Assembly (NCBI GenBank): GCA_000320545.1
Contig: ADNK01000550.1
Span: forward strand, 62,001-126,000
Source of the DNA: Bigelowiella natans CCMP2755
Taxonomy: Eukaryota; Protista; Cercozoa
Length of the DNA: 64,000 nucleotides
Direction: 5' to 3'
Shown: in pieces, positions 39,775 to 51,200 of the stretch
How positions within the stretch are numbered: the stretch's first letter is position 1
How the letters are laid out: every line of letters begins with the position of its first letter
Position numbers and translations under genes: made by a program
The notes under the pieces: generated by a model
Told to the model about the DNA's origin: nothing
The model's input: the letters and a program-made list of their open reading frames with translations, nothing else
Database searches by the model: none

Positions 39775-42700
39775 CTAAACTTTGCTTTGTACAGATGTGG
39801 GTTTGAATCCATATTCTGTGTGCTCTTGATCCATGGTAGGATCTAGATCTGAATTGTACAGTGTCAATTCTGTGCCAATCCTTTTTAGCGCTATTACGTG
39901 CGCGCGATGTTCTTTGATTTCACCAAACTGGTGGTTTTTGTATTCTAATGCTTCTTTCTTGGTTTCTAGATCAGGGTTAGCATTTATAAACTTTTGGTAC
40001 TTTTTTTCCAAGTACAATAACACATTTTCTTTAGCAAGAACCATGTTTGTAAACGCAGCACGATGATGATTGTTTACAAAGGCTGCCTCAGCTTTGTCAG
40101 CGCCAGATTTGCTAGTAAATTTGATCGAAATTTTTGGGATTTTTGATGATGCCACGCTTCCAGAAACAACGTATTGTTCGGTATTGGCTTCCTTCATCAT
40201 TCCATTGATTATGTCGTCGACATTTGCCCTACGAATCTTGGTAATAATGGGTCTTAGTTCATTCAAGTTGACATTTGTCATTTCCTCTAAAGGCTTTGTC
40301 TTGTAATCTTCAAAATGTTCCACGACAATACCTTGATACAAAAAATACATAGCAGCCGACGTAACAAGCAACACAGCAGCTATTGCAGAAAATTTTATAG
40401 CCAACGCCCCATAACCTATTCCTGCTACTGTTCCTCCTACTGTTCCTCCTGCAGTAACTGTTGCTCCTGCTACTGTCCCTCCTACTGTTCCTCCTGCAGT
40501 AACTGTTGCTCCTGCTACTGTTCCTCCTGCTCCTCCTGCAGCTGTGGCTGCTGTTGTTCCTCCTGCAACTGCTAATGTTGCAGACTTTGTTGCTGCAATT
40601 GTGCCGGTAATTGCGCTCATAATACCTGATACTACACCAGCATTTTTTACTGTGTCTGCCGATGACTCCATCATCTGGCCTTTTATCGGTTTGTAATAAT
40701 CACCAACCGTGTCATATTGCGCAAGTGGATCATAAAAAACAGCCTTTGAAGTCTCACTAGCAGCAGTGATCACGTGTCCTTTACGCAAACTATTCAAGAC
40801 CGCCCCCATTCTGTATGCACGTCGCGCCTGTAACTCTTGTTTTGCGTACTGTTTGCGCATGTGCCGTGTCATCGCACCCGCTAATTTCTGTGTCAACGTA
40901 AGTGTGGTAGGCTGGCTGCCAACATGATTGACCAGGAGTTTGCGAACATCAACAACGCCATTGAGTTTTTGCAACTTACCACCGAGATACAACTCCGCAA
41001 AACCATTTTTGATTGCGTCATTAAGAGATTCATCAGCAGTGCGTAGCATGTTCTGGTGTAGAAGACGTACCCTTTCTTTGCGGTAAGCAAAAACACAGTC
41101 TTCGTAGTTGAACAAGGTTTGTAATTTTTGCCAAGTTTCCTCTAAATTAATTCCAATGAAAGTGTGACCTAGAGCAAAATTTAGAGCCATTTCAATGCAA
41201 TCAAAAATGGGATTCAACGATTTTTTCTCCGTCTCTATAACAGCTTTTGGAGCTGAATCTGTGAGATCGACAGCACCCCCAGTGAGTGTTTTTCCAAAAT
41301 TAAGAGCTCCCTGTGTGGCAAAGTCCATCCATCCTTTCGATTGGTCTAATAATATTTCAGCGCTGACTTGTGCTCCCTGTCTTAACATTTTCATGCCTTT
41401 TTGTCCAGTTTCTTTAAACAAACCATTTAACATGTAACAATCGATGCTTTTGTTTACATTTTGCCCAAAATCCTCTGATATTTGTTTTACAAGACTGTAA
41501 TTGTTTTTGGCACAATAATCTAACCACAACACCTTGTTGCTCCACAGCACACCGAGACGAGCACACACCATCCGTTTGGTCTCAAGGAAAAAATCCAATG
41601 CCATCGTAATTCCCATTGGGCTCATTAACTGTGACATGAAATAACTTTTTGCTTTTTGCACAAAAGACGAATTCACAAGTGCTGACATCAAAGAACTTAT
41701 TCCGTAATACCCTAGCAATCCACCGACACCTGCACCTACAGCACCTGCTGTTCCCATCCCGACTGAAACGCCTGCAAGGCCAAGGCTCAACGGCCCTGTA
41801 GCAGCAACTAGACCCGCGCCAAACAATCCTCCAAGAATGGCCCCAATCGCAGCGCTTTTTTCACGACTCTCCAACAATTTCTTCAACTTATTTAACGCAT
41901 AATCTATTTTAAATGTTTTTTTGACACCTTCGTAAATTCTCTGCATTGCTTTGAGGAGCAAGGAAAAAGATGCCATCACAAAATACAGACTGTCCTTGAT
42001 GTGTTTGTAAAAACTTTTCACCGCATCGATGACCCAGTACATTGTTGATCTGTCATTGGCAGTGGAACTAAAGCGCTCGGCAACCACTCCAGTGACATTT
42101 CTTTCGAAATTTTGACCCTGTTCTCTCAAATAGTTTTTTAGGAATATTTTTTCATTGTTCGAAACGGAGCTATCGCTAATGAGGTTGTTTAACTGCATCA
42201 TGTTTTGATCATAATCTATTTCGTTCCTCAATTTGTTCATCCATTCGTTGCTAAATTTGCAACAATTCGAATTTACATCATAGGTCATGAAGTCCGGGCA
42301 TTTAGTTTCCAATCCAGTGGTTTCATCATGAGAGGGTCTAAGCAAACACCCGTTCACAATTTGTTTTCCTTGCTTGATCTCACCAGGATTTCTTGATCGA
42401 CGAGAACGCACTGTGGTCTTTTTTGACGACCGATTTACTTTTTGTTCCTTTTTGGTTTTTTTCTTTGATTTTGCATCATTTGTTCTCCCGTTAGGAGCCG
42501 AGCGGCGTTGCAGTGGCTTAGATGCATGGCTCTTTGATTTGGCGCGTGTTTTGGTCACTTTCTTGCTTTCCTTACGCGCTATTTTTGCAGGTTTTGACTT
42601 GGTCTTAGGCTGACTGGGCTTTGCTTGATTGCACATCACAAACTCTTCGATGCCACGCACCATTGCTTTTTTCTTTTTGCGCATGTCACTTGAAACATGA

Positions 42701-42804
42701 ATACCTTTGATGAAAGCAATTCGTTTGAGTTCGGTCATGCTGCATGCCTGCAACTCATTGACAAGAGCATTCTTCTTTTTTTCAACGCTACGTGGAGTCC
42801 TCAT
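39775..42804 (-). CDS. Large membrane protein with basic N-terminus and glycine zippers
   Basis: GAILGGLFGAG...GAVGAGVGGLLG and a second G/A/T/V-rich hydrophobic block. Confidence 0.75.
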   Translation of the reverse strand: MRTPRSVEKKKNALVNELQACSMTELKRIAFIKGIHVSSDMRKKKKAMVRGIEEFVMCNQAKPSQPKTKSKPAKIARKESKKVTKTRAKSKSHASKPLQRRSAPNGRTNDAKSKKKTKKEQKVNRSSKKTTVRSRRSRNPGEIKQGKQIVNGCLLRPSHDETTGLETKCPDFMTYDVNSNCCKFSNEWMNKLRNEIDYDQNMMQLNNLISDSSVSNNEKIFLKNYLREQGQNFERNVTGVVAERFSSTANDRSTMYWVIDAVKSFYKHIKDSLYFVMASFSLLLKAMQRIYEGVKKTFKIDYALNKLKKLLESREKSAAIGAILGGLFGAGLVAATGPLSLGLAGVSVGMGTAGAVGAGVGGLLGYYGISSLMSALVNSSFVQKAKSYFMSQLMSPMGITMALDFFLETKRMVCARLGVLWSNKVLWLDYCAKNNYSLVKQISEDFGQNVNKSIDCYMLNGLFKETGQKGMKMLRQGAQVSAEILLDQSKGWMDFATQGALNFGKTLTGGAVDLTDSAPKAVIETEKKSLNPIFDCIEMALNFALGHTFIGINLEETWQKLQTLFNYEDCVFAYRKERVRLLHQNMLRTADESLNDAIKNGFAELYLGGKLQKLNGVVDVRKLLVNHVGSQPTTLTLTQKLAGAMTRHMRKQYAKQELQARRAYRMGAVLNSLRKGHVITAASETSKAVFYDPLAQYDTVGDYYKPIKGQMMESSADTVKNAGVVSGIMSAITGTIAATKSATLAVAGGTTAATAAGGAGGTVAGATVTAGGTVGGTVAGATVTAGGTVGGTVAGIGYGALAIKFSAIAAVLLVTSAAMYFLYQGIVVEHFEDYKTKPLEEMTNVNLNELRPIITKIRRANVDDIINGMMKEANTEQYVVSGSVASSKIPKISIKFTSKSGADKAEAAFVNNHHRAAFTNMVLAKENVLLYLEKKYQKFINANPDLETKKEALEYKNHQFGEIKEHRAHVIALKRIGTELTLYNSDLDPTMDQEHTEYGFKPTSVQSKV
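40421..40530. repeat. 45-bp coding tandem repeat
   Basis: Units at 40421, 40466, 40511 encode GGTVAGATVTAGGTV. Confidence 0.9.
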
Positions 42805-42918
42805 AGATGATTATGCTACTCTTGTAAGCACATGTAGTAGATGTTCAAGAAAGCAATTGTTAGTACATCATCAAAGCAGACAGATAAATAAAAAAAATAT
42901 ATAATTTCACTATGTGCA

Positions 42919-43839
42919 TTACAAGGCATACACTATTTTGAGGTCCGACATTCGTCGAGCTTGCGCTGTGACGCTACGATTGTTCCCGACGTTGTTCGCG
43001 GCATAAATATGTAGTGCCTCAGCGAACTGTCGACGGGGTCGCAAAGCTGTATAATGACCTCCAGTCTGCAACATGAAGCACATTGGTATGCCCGCGAAAC
43101 ACGGGACAGACTTCTCAAGAACAATGCATTTAGGGGCGACTCTCGGAAATGAAAGACGTTTCTTCCGCATGTATGGAAAGAAAACGATCCATTTACGCAT
43201 TGGTACGTAAAACACACAAATTATGAAACCACTGAGCATTGACATGAGCTGTAGTTCTTCTGCCTCGACTTGCTTGTTGCTAGATTTGAGACGGTTTCTT
43301 ACTAATTCGGCTTGCGTGTCATACAGAAACAGCGAATTCGGAGGGGGTGTCTTTGGGCAGGATTTGCTTTCCTCCCTATCTTCTGTTTCACTGAAACTGT
43401 CATCCGAATCCTCCTGCTCGTTTTGTTCAGAAGCGTACTCCTGGTGAAGAAAATTGAGACACGTCGTCAGTGCTCGTTTCAAGCTTTTCAATTTGCGTTC
43501 GCGCAGGCACACTTTTAGACGATTCACTTTGTCTTCGTGCATGGACTCGACAGGAACTTGATCAAACATTCTGCTTCTTGCATGCGTTAGGACAGTCTGA
43601 TATGCGTGGTATCCGCAATTACCATCACCGGGTACATCTATGATCTCAAACAAGTTTTCGATCACAGGTTTTTCAGTGAATTTGGCCGAATGTTTTTTCG
43701 TCTTGATTTCTTCGTCATCAACATTAGTTTCATCAATTTTCATGTGTTTAGCACTCAACTCGAACACCGTGTTCAATTCATTTGCAACTGTCCGATGCTT
43801 TTGACATTCTGAATGGGGAGCTATAGCTTCAATGTTCAT
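42919..43839 (-). CDS. OTU deubiquitinase
   Basis: VPGDGNCGY, EAEELQLMS, GGHYTAL. Confidence 0.85.
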   Translation of the reverse strand: MNIEAIAPHSECQKHRTVANELNTVFELSAKHMKIDETNVDDEEIKTKKHSAKFTEKPVIENLFEIIDVPGDGNCGYHAYQTVLTHARSRMFDQVPVESMHEDKVNRLKVCLRERKLKSLKRALTTCLNFLHQEYASEQNEQEDSDDSFSETEDREESKSCPKTPPPNSLFLYDTQAELVRNRLKSSNKQVEAEELQLMSMLSGFIICVFYVPMRKWIVFFPYMRKKRLSFPRVAPKCIVLEKSVPCFAGIPMCFMLQTGGHYTALRPRRQFAEALHIYAANNVGNNRSVTAQARRMSDLKIVYAL

Positions 43840-44013
43840 CGCGGTGCAGGATAAATGTCAAATGTTCTAAATGTGTCTATCACAATGTAAAATAAAAATG
43901 TTACAACACTTTTTGTTTATTTCGAATGTCAAAAAAAAACCACTCCACAAATCGGGTACATCTGTGTGCACACAGTGCATCTTAACCAAAACAGTGCGTC
44001 CAATCACTAAAGA

Positions 44014-44256
44014 ATGAAATTTAGACGTACGATGAAACAGTTGCAATATGACATCATTCGAAACAGATGCAAAGTTTCTCATTGTGCATGCATGCATTCA
44101 GCCTTGAAAAAACTGCGACGTACTCACATCGCAGCGACAGACGCGCTACTTAACAAACAGGATGAAGACAGCGTTGTTGAAATATGGCAAAGACATCTGC
44201 GCGTAATGCACCCAACCAGTCTCGCACGCATGCGAGGATGTGCGCAGCAAGATTGA
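44014..44256 (+). CDS. Small hypothetical protein
   Basis: 80-aa ORF filling the gap. Confidence 0.4.
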   Translation: MKFRRTMKQLQYDIIRNRCKVSHCACMHSALKKLRRTHIAATDALLNKQDEDSVVEIWQRHLRVMHPTSLARMRGCAQQD

Positions 44257-44270
44257 TACATTTGTGACAC

Positions 44271-45083
44271 TTACTCTAATTCGTCGGTCATAAAGTTAAA
44301 TGGCCTGGGCACTTCCTTTAATAAGTTATCATTTCCGCTTTGCTCTTCAGTTGGTCTCAACACAGTTTCGTCATCAACCAATGGACCAACTGAGGGACTA
44401 TTTAAAAATTGTGCAGATTGCTCATCAACAGATTGGTTGTCAAAAGGAACAGAAACGTTGCCATTCGCATCATTTGCATCTTCTTCTTGTAATTGATCTG
44501 GAAAAAGAACTAAAGGAACATTAGCTTGGCCTTCCTCTTCGTCTAGAAGGGGGGGGATGTCAATTGAGTCTACTTCTTTAATTTTAGCATCATTTTCAAC
44601 ATTTTCACCAGCTTGGCCTTTCGTGGCCAGCACCGATTGGCCATCATCGAATATATTTTCATTGAGATTGATTTCTGAATCAGGTACAGGCTCAAATGCC
44701 TGTTGCTCATTGTTTGATTTTTTCTCGCTCTTTTGGTCAATCGGGATTTTTCTGTATTTTGGTTTACTCACTTTGTACGGTTTCGTTTGTTCTATGTAAA
44801 GATCGGATTGTGTGTAGTTTGTTATTCCTTGTTCTTTCAGTTGATTTTTGTGTTCTTCGATCTCTTGTTTGTTCATGCAGTATCGGTAATACGTTCTTTC
44901 AGCTCCGTTGAGTATTGATTTCCGTTTTCTTTGGTACGGCATTGGTTTGCGAAGGTAGAATCCTTGTTTGCAGCGCACTCGTCTGTGACAGTGTGTGCGT
45001 TTGAAAAGGTTTTCTTTGACATCAAAATTCTCATCTGTAGGTCTCGAGCTACATGATATTTTGTCTTTTTTTTCGTCGGCCAT
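44271..45083 (-). CDS. Hypothetical protein, Cys/basic N-half and acidic C-half
   Basis: Composition only. Confidence 0.6.
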   Translation of the reverse strand: MADEKKDKISCSSRPTDENFDVKENLFKRTHCHRRVRCKQGFYLRKPMPYQRKRKSILNGAERTYYRYCMNKQEIEEHKNQLKEQGITNYTQSDLYIEQTKPYKVSKPKYRKIPIDQKSEKKSNNEQQAFEPVPDSEINLNENIFDDGQSVLATKGQAGENVENDAKIKEVDSIDIPPLLDEEEGQANVPLVLFPDQLQEEDANDANGNVSVPFDNQSVDEQSAQFLNSPSVGPLVDDETVLRPTEEQSGNDNLLKEVPRPFNFMTDELE

Positions 45084-45152
45084 AGTGTGCGTGTGCTTAT
45101 TCTTGCCAATGTGACTCTGACAATTGCAACAACACACCACAACAAAAAAAAT

Positions 45153-47090
45153 TTACTTGGATTCACAACCAACCCATCTGTATTCGTGTTGCTGTTGGTG
45201 TGTGTGCATCATTCGTTCGGCCATGCTGCGTTGAGCACGCGCGTTCCGGTAGCTGGGATCGATTTTCTCCGTTACAAAGATGTGTCTCAGCATGGTGCAT
45301 CCCACACGACGACCAAGCTCCTTCTCGAAAGCTCGCAATACAAACTGGGTGTAACTGTTGTTGTTTAAAAAACCACTGTCTTCCGATCTCGAGTTGAGAA
45401 TGAGGTGGGTGCGGGGCTTCAGCATCAAAGACAAAGCTATCGCAAAATGCAAGCCTGGTGGGATTTTCTCAACGAACTCGGCGTACCTTTGCGCTGTCTT
45501 GTACCTGGTAAACCGCATAAAGCTTGTTTTACCCGTCGACCCACTTAGAAATACAAAATTGTGCGCCCCACCTACCACTTTTTTCAAGGTTTCTACGTCG
45601 AAGGCGTCTTTGGCGTCCTTTACAATGCATTTTTTGGCAGTTGCTAAGGTCTTAAGCGCAGACACTTGACCTAGGATGTGTTTCCGAAGTGGCTCTTCAA
45701 GTGAACTTTTCGAGGTTTTGTTTTTTCCAGCAAGCTGCTTTGCAAACTGAGAAATCGAAACATGCTCCGCATCCGAACCCTTTCCGGTTTTCTTCTGCCC
45801 AAACCATCGACTGTAAAACTTTGCAAAAAATGAACGCTCGAAGAGTATGCGCACGTTGCCGTAATCAGCCCGTTTGGGAGGAAGATGTGTAAGAACACTA
45901 AACAGCATGAACTTGTTCGACAATGATCGTTCATTTGTTTCTTTCTGAGTCGGAGTTTTTGCCTCTTGGAGGCCAAGTGCCTGAAGCCCGATTTCTTTGA
46001 TCACCTCATCAAACAAACTCTTTTGATGTTTCTTGATCTCAGCCATGGAGACGTAATTCTTTTTCGCTTTGATGGGCATCTTGCTGGCGTTCTTGGTGTT
46101 CGCATCAGCACGCAGTCCTTGCTTGCCGAGTGTCTGTCGCACCTGAATACGTTTTTGTTTTTGTTGCAACAGCTGCAAGCGTCGTCGCAGCGCGGCAATC
46201 AACTGCATTGAGGCGTTATTTGCAACGGTACACTTCACTTTGTCGTTTTTCCCGTCCTTCTTTGCGGACGACGGTTTGTCACCATTGACCAAACTCTTTT
46301 GATAGCTTAATGCTATTGTTCGGTTGCACTGTATCACCGAGCTCATCGCACTCAATGCATTCATCAGTGTGTTTCTCGTGATCATCTTCTTCTCACACAT
46401 CAAGGTGAGCGCAGCTAATGTAGTTGTGCAGTGCTTAAAGACTAATTGGGCGAACGGCAAGGGGCGTCCGCGCCGAACCGCGCTTGCGAATTCGCGTATT
46501 TTGCTGTGACTGATGATGCCTTTCTTCTTCAAATGCTCCTTTAAAAACTGCAGAAGCAACTCGCGTCGCTCTTCGGATTTGTCGTCGGTCGATTTCGGTT
46601 TCTCTAAAGAGGGGAAGAGCAATTTCTGAATCATTTTTAGACGATGCATGTAGTTGTCAACTGAATGTCCGGCCTGTACGAGCATGAGCTCAAGTTTGTC
46701 CTTGTCAGTGAAACTGGCATGAGTCGTAAAATGATCGGAAGCTTTTTGGTTTGAAACAATTTGTTTTTCTGGTTTGGCAGTAACTTTTTTCTTTGCGGGG
46801 GTTGCCTTGTTATTGTTCAGCAACCGATTCAACATGTTGTCCCGTTGCACTCGTTTAGAATCAGCATCTCGACGGAAAACTGCCTGGCCTTTCAAAAGCC
46901 TCGAACGGTCTTTGTAGGCGGCCCGTAGTTCCCTTCTTTTGCTATCCATCTTGTGGCCCTGCGTTCGCATTTTAAGGTATGCACGGCGATACCGAGTTTC
47001 GAAATTTTTGTCGTTGTCTGCACATGAAAGAAGCGTCGCATTCATTTTCCTTTTGATTTCTGCTTTTCTTGCTTTCTGTGCGTTCACCAT
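45153..47090 (-). CDS. Tyrosine-recombinase-fold enzyme
   Basis: R (PPKRADY), K (YKT), TMLRH, H (MMHT) and Y eight residues later (HEY). Confidence 0.75.
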   Translation of the reverse strand: MVNAQKARKAEIKRKMNATLLSCADNDKNFETRYRRAYLKMRTQGHKMDSKRRELRAAYKDRSRLLKGQAVFRRDADSKRVQRDNMLNRLLNNNKATPAKKKVTAKPEKQIVSNQKASDHFTTHASFTDKDKLELMLVQAGHSVDNYMHRLKMIQKLLFPSLEKPKSTDDKSEERRELLLQFLKEHLKKKGIISHSKIREFASAVRRGRPLPFAQLVFKHCTTTLAALTLMCEKKMITRNTLMNALSAMSSVIQCNRTIALSYQKSLVNGDKPSSAKKDGKNDKVKCTVANNASMQLIAALRRRLQLLQQKQKRIQVRQTLGKQGLRADANTKNASKMPIKAKKNYVSMAEIKKHQKSLFDEVIKEIGLQALGLQEAKTPTQKETNERSLSNKFMLFSVLTHLPPKRADYGNVRILFERSFFAKFYSRWFGQKKTGKGSDAEHVSISQFAKQLAGKNKTSKSSLEEPLRKHILGQVSALKTLATAKKCIVKDAKDAFDVETLKKVVGGAHNFVFLSGSTGKTSFMRFTRYKTAQRYAEFVEKIPPGLHFAIALSLMLKPRTHLILNSRSEDSGFLNNNSYTQFVLRAFEKELGRRVGCTMLRHIFVTEKIDPSYRNARAQRSMAERMMHTHQQQHEYRWVGCESK

Positions 47091-47248
47091 GTCGAATGCA
47101 GATTGGGCAATTTTGCAAAGACCCCGCACGCCCCTAAAATATTTTTTTTCTGCTCAAGTTTGCCGATGCCACCTAAACGCAGAGCGGTCACCAAAACAAA
47201 CATCATCATCGAAATAAAATCAACTGCCCAACACCACACTAGCAAACA

Positions 47249-47596
47249 ATGGCGTTGTTTTTAATCGACACTCTCCAGGACCTGCTCGCCGACGAGTTTG
47301 TGTACAATCTAACCGACCACCCCATTCGCACGGCTGTCATCGGATCTGTTGTTACGTATTTTGTGTACGTGCAACTGCAAGCTGACGGAATAAAGAGCAT
47401 CGACAATGCTACATCTGCAATGGTCGATGTCATGTACGACATGATAACATGGGTCTTAATGAGCGCAATACACATCATGTTCTTACCGGTAATCTTTGTG
47501 CTCAATTTTTTTGAAGGGATTGGAGACTCCTTGGTAGAAGAATCAAAAAACCTAAAGGCACCCAAACTTGAATTCAAAGTCAACACCAAAATATGA
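47249..47596 (+). CDS. Small membrane protein
   Basis: Two hydrophobic segments. Confidence 0.65.
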   Translation: MALFLIDTLQDLLADEFVYNLTDHPIRTAVIGSVVTYFVYVQLQADGIKSIDNATSAMVDVMYDMITWVLMSAIHIMFLPVIFVLNFFEGIGDSLVEESKNLKAPKLEFKVNTKI

Positions 47597-47606
47597 AGAA
47601 TTTAGT

Positions 47607-48122
47607 TTAGTAACATTTGTCTTCACTGTGCTTGTGAATCCATTTTACAACATGATTGAGTAGTGGCTTCGTTACTTTGTACCATTCGTCCATGCCAGAA
47701 CCACTTACCGCGTTTTTTCCGTCTTTGTAAAAGTATCCATATTTGTTGTTGCTATCGACCACTTCAAACATAAAGTTTTGTGCATCCAAAACAGAAACTT
47801 TATCATGCTGTTGTGGGGCTAGCACCGCTATGCGCTGTTTTTTCTCTAGGATGTCTGTCACGTCTTTTAGTGTCAGGTGTGATGATTTCGGGGGTTTGGA
47901 TCTCCACGTTGTCACAACGTCGTTTTCAAGCAAAGGATCTAGCTTGTGGTAAATTCTGTCAGCTGTTTTGATCAGAGCTTCAATTTGTTTTTTGCAATGT
48001 TTAAAGTCCTTTGCATTTGAAATGAACAGCTTTGGGTTCATGCATCGTTTCTCGATTCGTCTCATTTTTGCTATGTTTCTAGATGTTTTCGATTGATTTG
48101 CGAGTCGCATGCGCGATCGCAT
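47607..48122 (-). CDS. Hypothetical protein
   Basis: 171-aa ATG ORF. Confidence 0.6.
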   Translation of the reverse strand: MRSRMRLANQSKTSRNIAKMRRIEKRCMNPKLFISNAKDFKHCKKQIEALIKTADRIYHKLDPLLENDVVTTWRSKPPKSSHLTLKDVTDILEKKQRIAVLAPQQHDKVSVLDAQNFMFEVVDSNNKYGYFYKDGKNAVSGSGMDEWYKVTKPLLNHVVKWIHKHSEDKCY

Positions 48123-48243
48123 TTGTGTTTCATTTGCCTCTTGTTTGGTTTGCGAGTTTCTTTTTAAAAAAAAATTAAAAAATCAGTGAACATATTTTTT
48201 TTGGCATTGAGACAGAAAAAACGTGAATACACTTTGTTGTCCA

Positions 48244-51200
48244 ATGCAGGCAAGCAATGTGGTTTCGAATCCTAACCCCAACGACCACAAAGACAGACTC
48301 ACTTCTCTTGTGAATTCACTCCACAACAACGAACACTACGCAGGGCCGCACGTGTGGGGACACAGGTACTGGAAATGCCTTCATTTGTTTAGCATCTGCG
48401 CAGCTACAAAACCTGGACTTTTCTTCACCTTCATCTTTAAGTCGCTACCTGAACTACTCCCATGCGCTACCTGCCGAAATCACCACATGGAGAACATGAT
48501 GCAGGGCGGTTTGGCAGAGTTAGCCGATGCGACAGTGCTGTGCAGAAAAAACGAGTACGAGCGACGATACAGGTGCGTTCGATTTGTCTGCAAGATGCGG
48601 CTGCAGGTCAGCAAGTACGGGGGCATAGCGCACGAGCATTCTTGCGCTCAAAAAATGAGAACCTACTTCGTCAATGCATTAGGCATCGACATACCTTACG
48701 ACCCGAAACCGAGTCATCCGATACATCGCGCCATACGATTGGAAAACGAAGTCAATGCTGCCGCCAGGAAAAAGCTCCCGCAAATCAAAGACATCAAAAA
48801 ACGATTCGACCGCGCAGTACAAAAAGTCGATGTTGAGGCTGAGTTTTTGCGAGCGTTCGAGTCGGTGCAATCCCAATTCATGCAAACGACCTCGTTCGTC
48901 CCACTCAAAGTTTACATTGCAGATCTTTGGTTCATGCTGCACATGTGCGTCATGATCATCGACCGCACCCCTTCAAAGTTCGAGGCGCACCACGGGGTCA
49001 TGCAAAACATGGACTTTGCCATAGCCGCTGCGGCTGACAAAAACAAAAACCCGGAAACAACCACGACACTCTCTGCCTACAACCACTACAAAACCAAAAT
49101 GACCACGTGGTTTGTATCCCATGTACTTGACATGATTCCACGCGTGCACGGGGAATTCGTCTTGGCGCAACATTGCAAATCGGTTGCAGGGTTTGGGCAG
49201 CCGCAGCAAAAGAGAAAGTTGCTACAAAGATTGCACTTGCGAGAAGGTGTGCGTAGAATGAAGGGCGACCGTAACAATCTCATCTCATTTGTGCACCACA
49301 TGCACAGCAAACTACGGGAGTTCTATTCGCCTCACGGAATGGCCAACGGAACACACGCGGCCTCAACACGAGCAGTGGTTCGGTCAGCCTTGTGTCGAAG
49401 CAATTTGCATGCGATTCTGCAAACCTCGATGTCCACAAAGTGTGACGCATTGGACGGGCTGCTGCGGAAAAAGGGAGCATATTTGCCACTGAACCTCGTT
49501 AAACATTGCGAAGTAGCAAGCGATGTGCACAACGGGAACTGCCAATCGCATTTAAGCAAACGCATTGATTACTGCTTTCGTGACGTCGCCCACGCACACC
49601 ATGTTGAACAACAGGTGAAAAATCTACTGGTCAACCCTTACCAATTAGCAGAACCGCTAAACACAAAACGAATGAGTGTGCATCGCCGAAACGCGTTGTG
49701 CATTCGTGCAATTTTGGGCGACGGCGTGCAACATGCCCACGCAATGCAAAATCTAGTCTTCAAAATCATAGGGTATCAGCAGATGCACACCGAAACTTAC
49801 GTCGTGCGGTTTGAACAAAGTACGATGGTAAACGCTTGCTTGAAAGCCGTAACCAACATGCTGCACGGCCAAACAGGAAATGCTCACGCGTACGTCGATT
49901 CCACGTTGCCTGTGTTTGATCATTGCAGTGCTCACATCAAGAACATGTACATGACATACAACCCTAGTTATGCAAAAAACACCGTGCAAAAACTTTGCGA
50001 CTGGGCATTGGATGCACAGGGACGACTCGTGCTTCAAAAGTCTCTGGCATTTAGTCGGGTAGTTCTTTTGGCAAACCGTGTGCGCACAGATGTGCTAACC
50101 CTTGACGTCACAAAAATGGAACAAAGCTCGGTACCCTATCTTCGCTGGCTCGCAAAACACGCCTGCACCACGGATGCCGGTCAACAAAGAGAACACGTTT
50201 TCCAACGAATGAATGCTAACGATGCGAGTTCGACTGAATTAGGATCTATAATCCTGACAAGTCGTGATGTAGTTGATGTGGCGCACCCATACAGCGTTGC
50301 AATGCAAAATATGCAGACCGAGTTCCAGGTTCAAAATCGTCCACTGCAAAGCAGCATGATGCACGATGTGTGTTCCACAAATAATTGCCCAAAAAAATGG
50401 ACAGAGTACTTACAGGCGACCGAGCTCTCAGGCGCGCTGCCAAGCAAATTCGTCAAAACGGCTCTCATGCCAGTGCCGCACGACGACGATTACGTGGAGC
50501 GCAAGCTCAATCAAAAAGCACTTGGGATACGGCACAAACGTCAAATCGCAGATGAGATGAACATGGACTGCTACAGACGCAACGATTCCGATGTCACTCA
50601 AGACGAAAGAGTGCAGTTGCGGTCTGTTGAACACTTGTGCTGCGCCCAATCGACTGAAACGCTACAAAGATGTGGCAACGTGGGAGTGGCACGTTCCATG
50701 TACGACAGACAAGATGGCAAAAACGTCTTATCCCAGCTTGAAGCTCAGTCGATAAAACTCCGAGCCAAAGTGTGCAATTATCACGCATGGCTTCGCATGC
50801 ACCAGGATATTCCAATACATCTTAAAACCGTCCACGACAATAGCAAGCACGATGTGCTCAGCCAACAAATGGCATTTCAAAAAATGATTGCACAGTTCTC
50901 AACAACACAGGAAACCGGTCTTAGCATGCACAGACAAACCGTTCTGCACGACTTTTACGAAAAGGAAAAACGTAATCGCACGGGAATGAACGCAGTCGAC
51001 GATGCTATTTCGATGAATGTGAGGACTGGTACCTTGGAACACGCACTTGTTTGTCTGGAGGACATGTGCACAGCAATGGTTTGCAGAGAAATCGCTGCAA
51101 GCTGCATGCTAGCCCACAATGCGTCCCTCAATCTCACACTCAGGGAATCTGTCAATCTCTTAAACGCGTGCATTACGAATTCAAAGTACAATTGGTGGTG

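Noticed and set aside
45153-47129. Integrated virophage or Polinton-like element around the recombinase
   Set aside because: No second capsid, pPolB or terminal repeats nearby; flanks look like the rest of the genome.
51046-51060. LVCLE as LxCxE in the Erv fusion
   Set aside because: Hydrophobic helical context with no acidic patch; likely chance.
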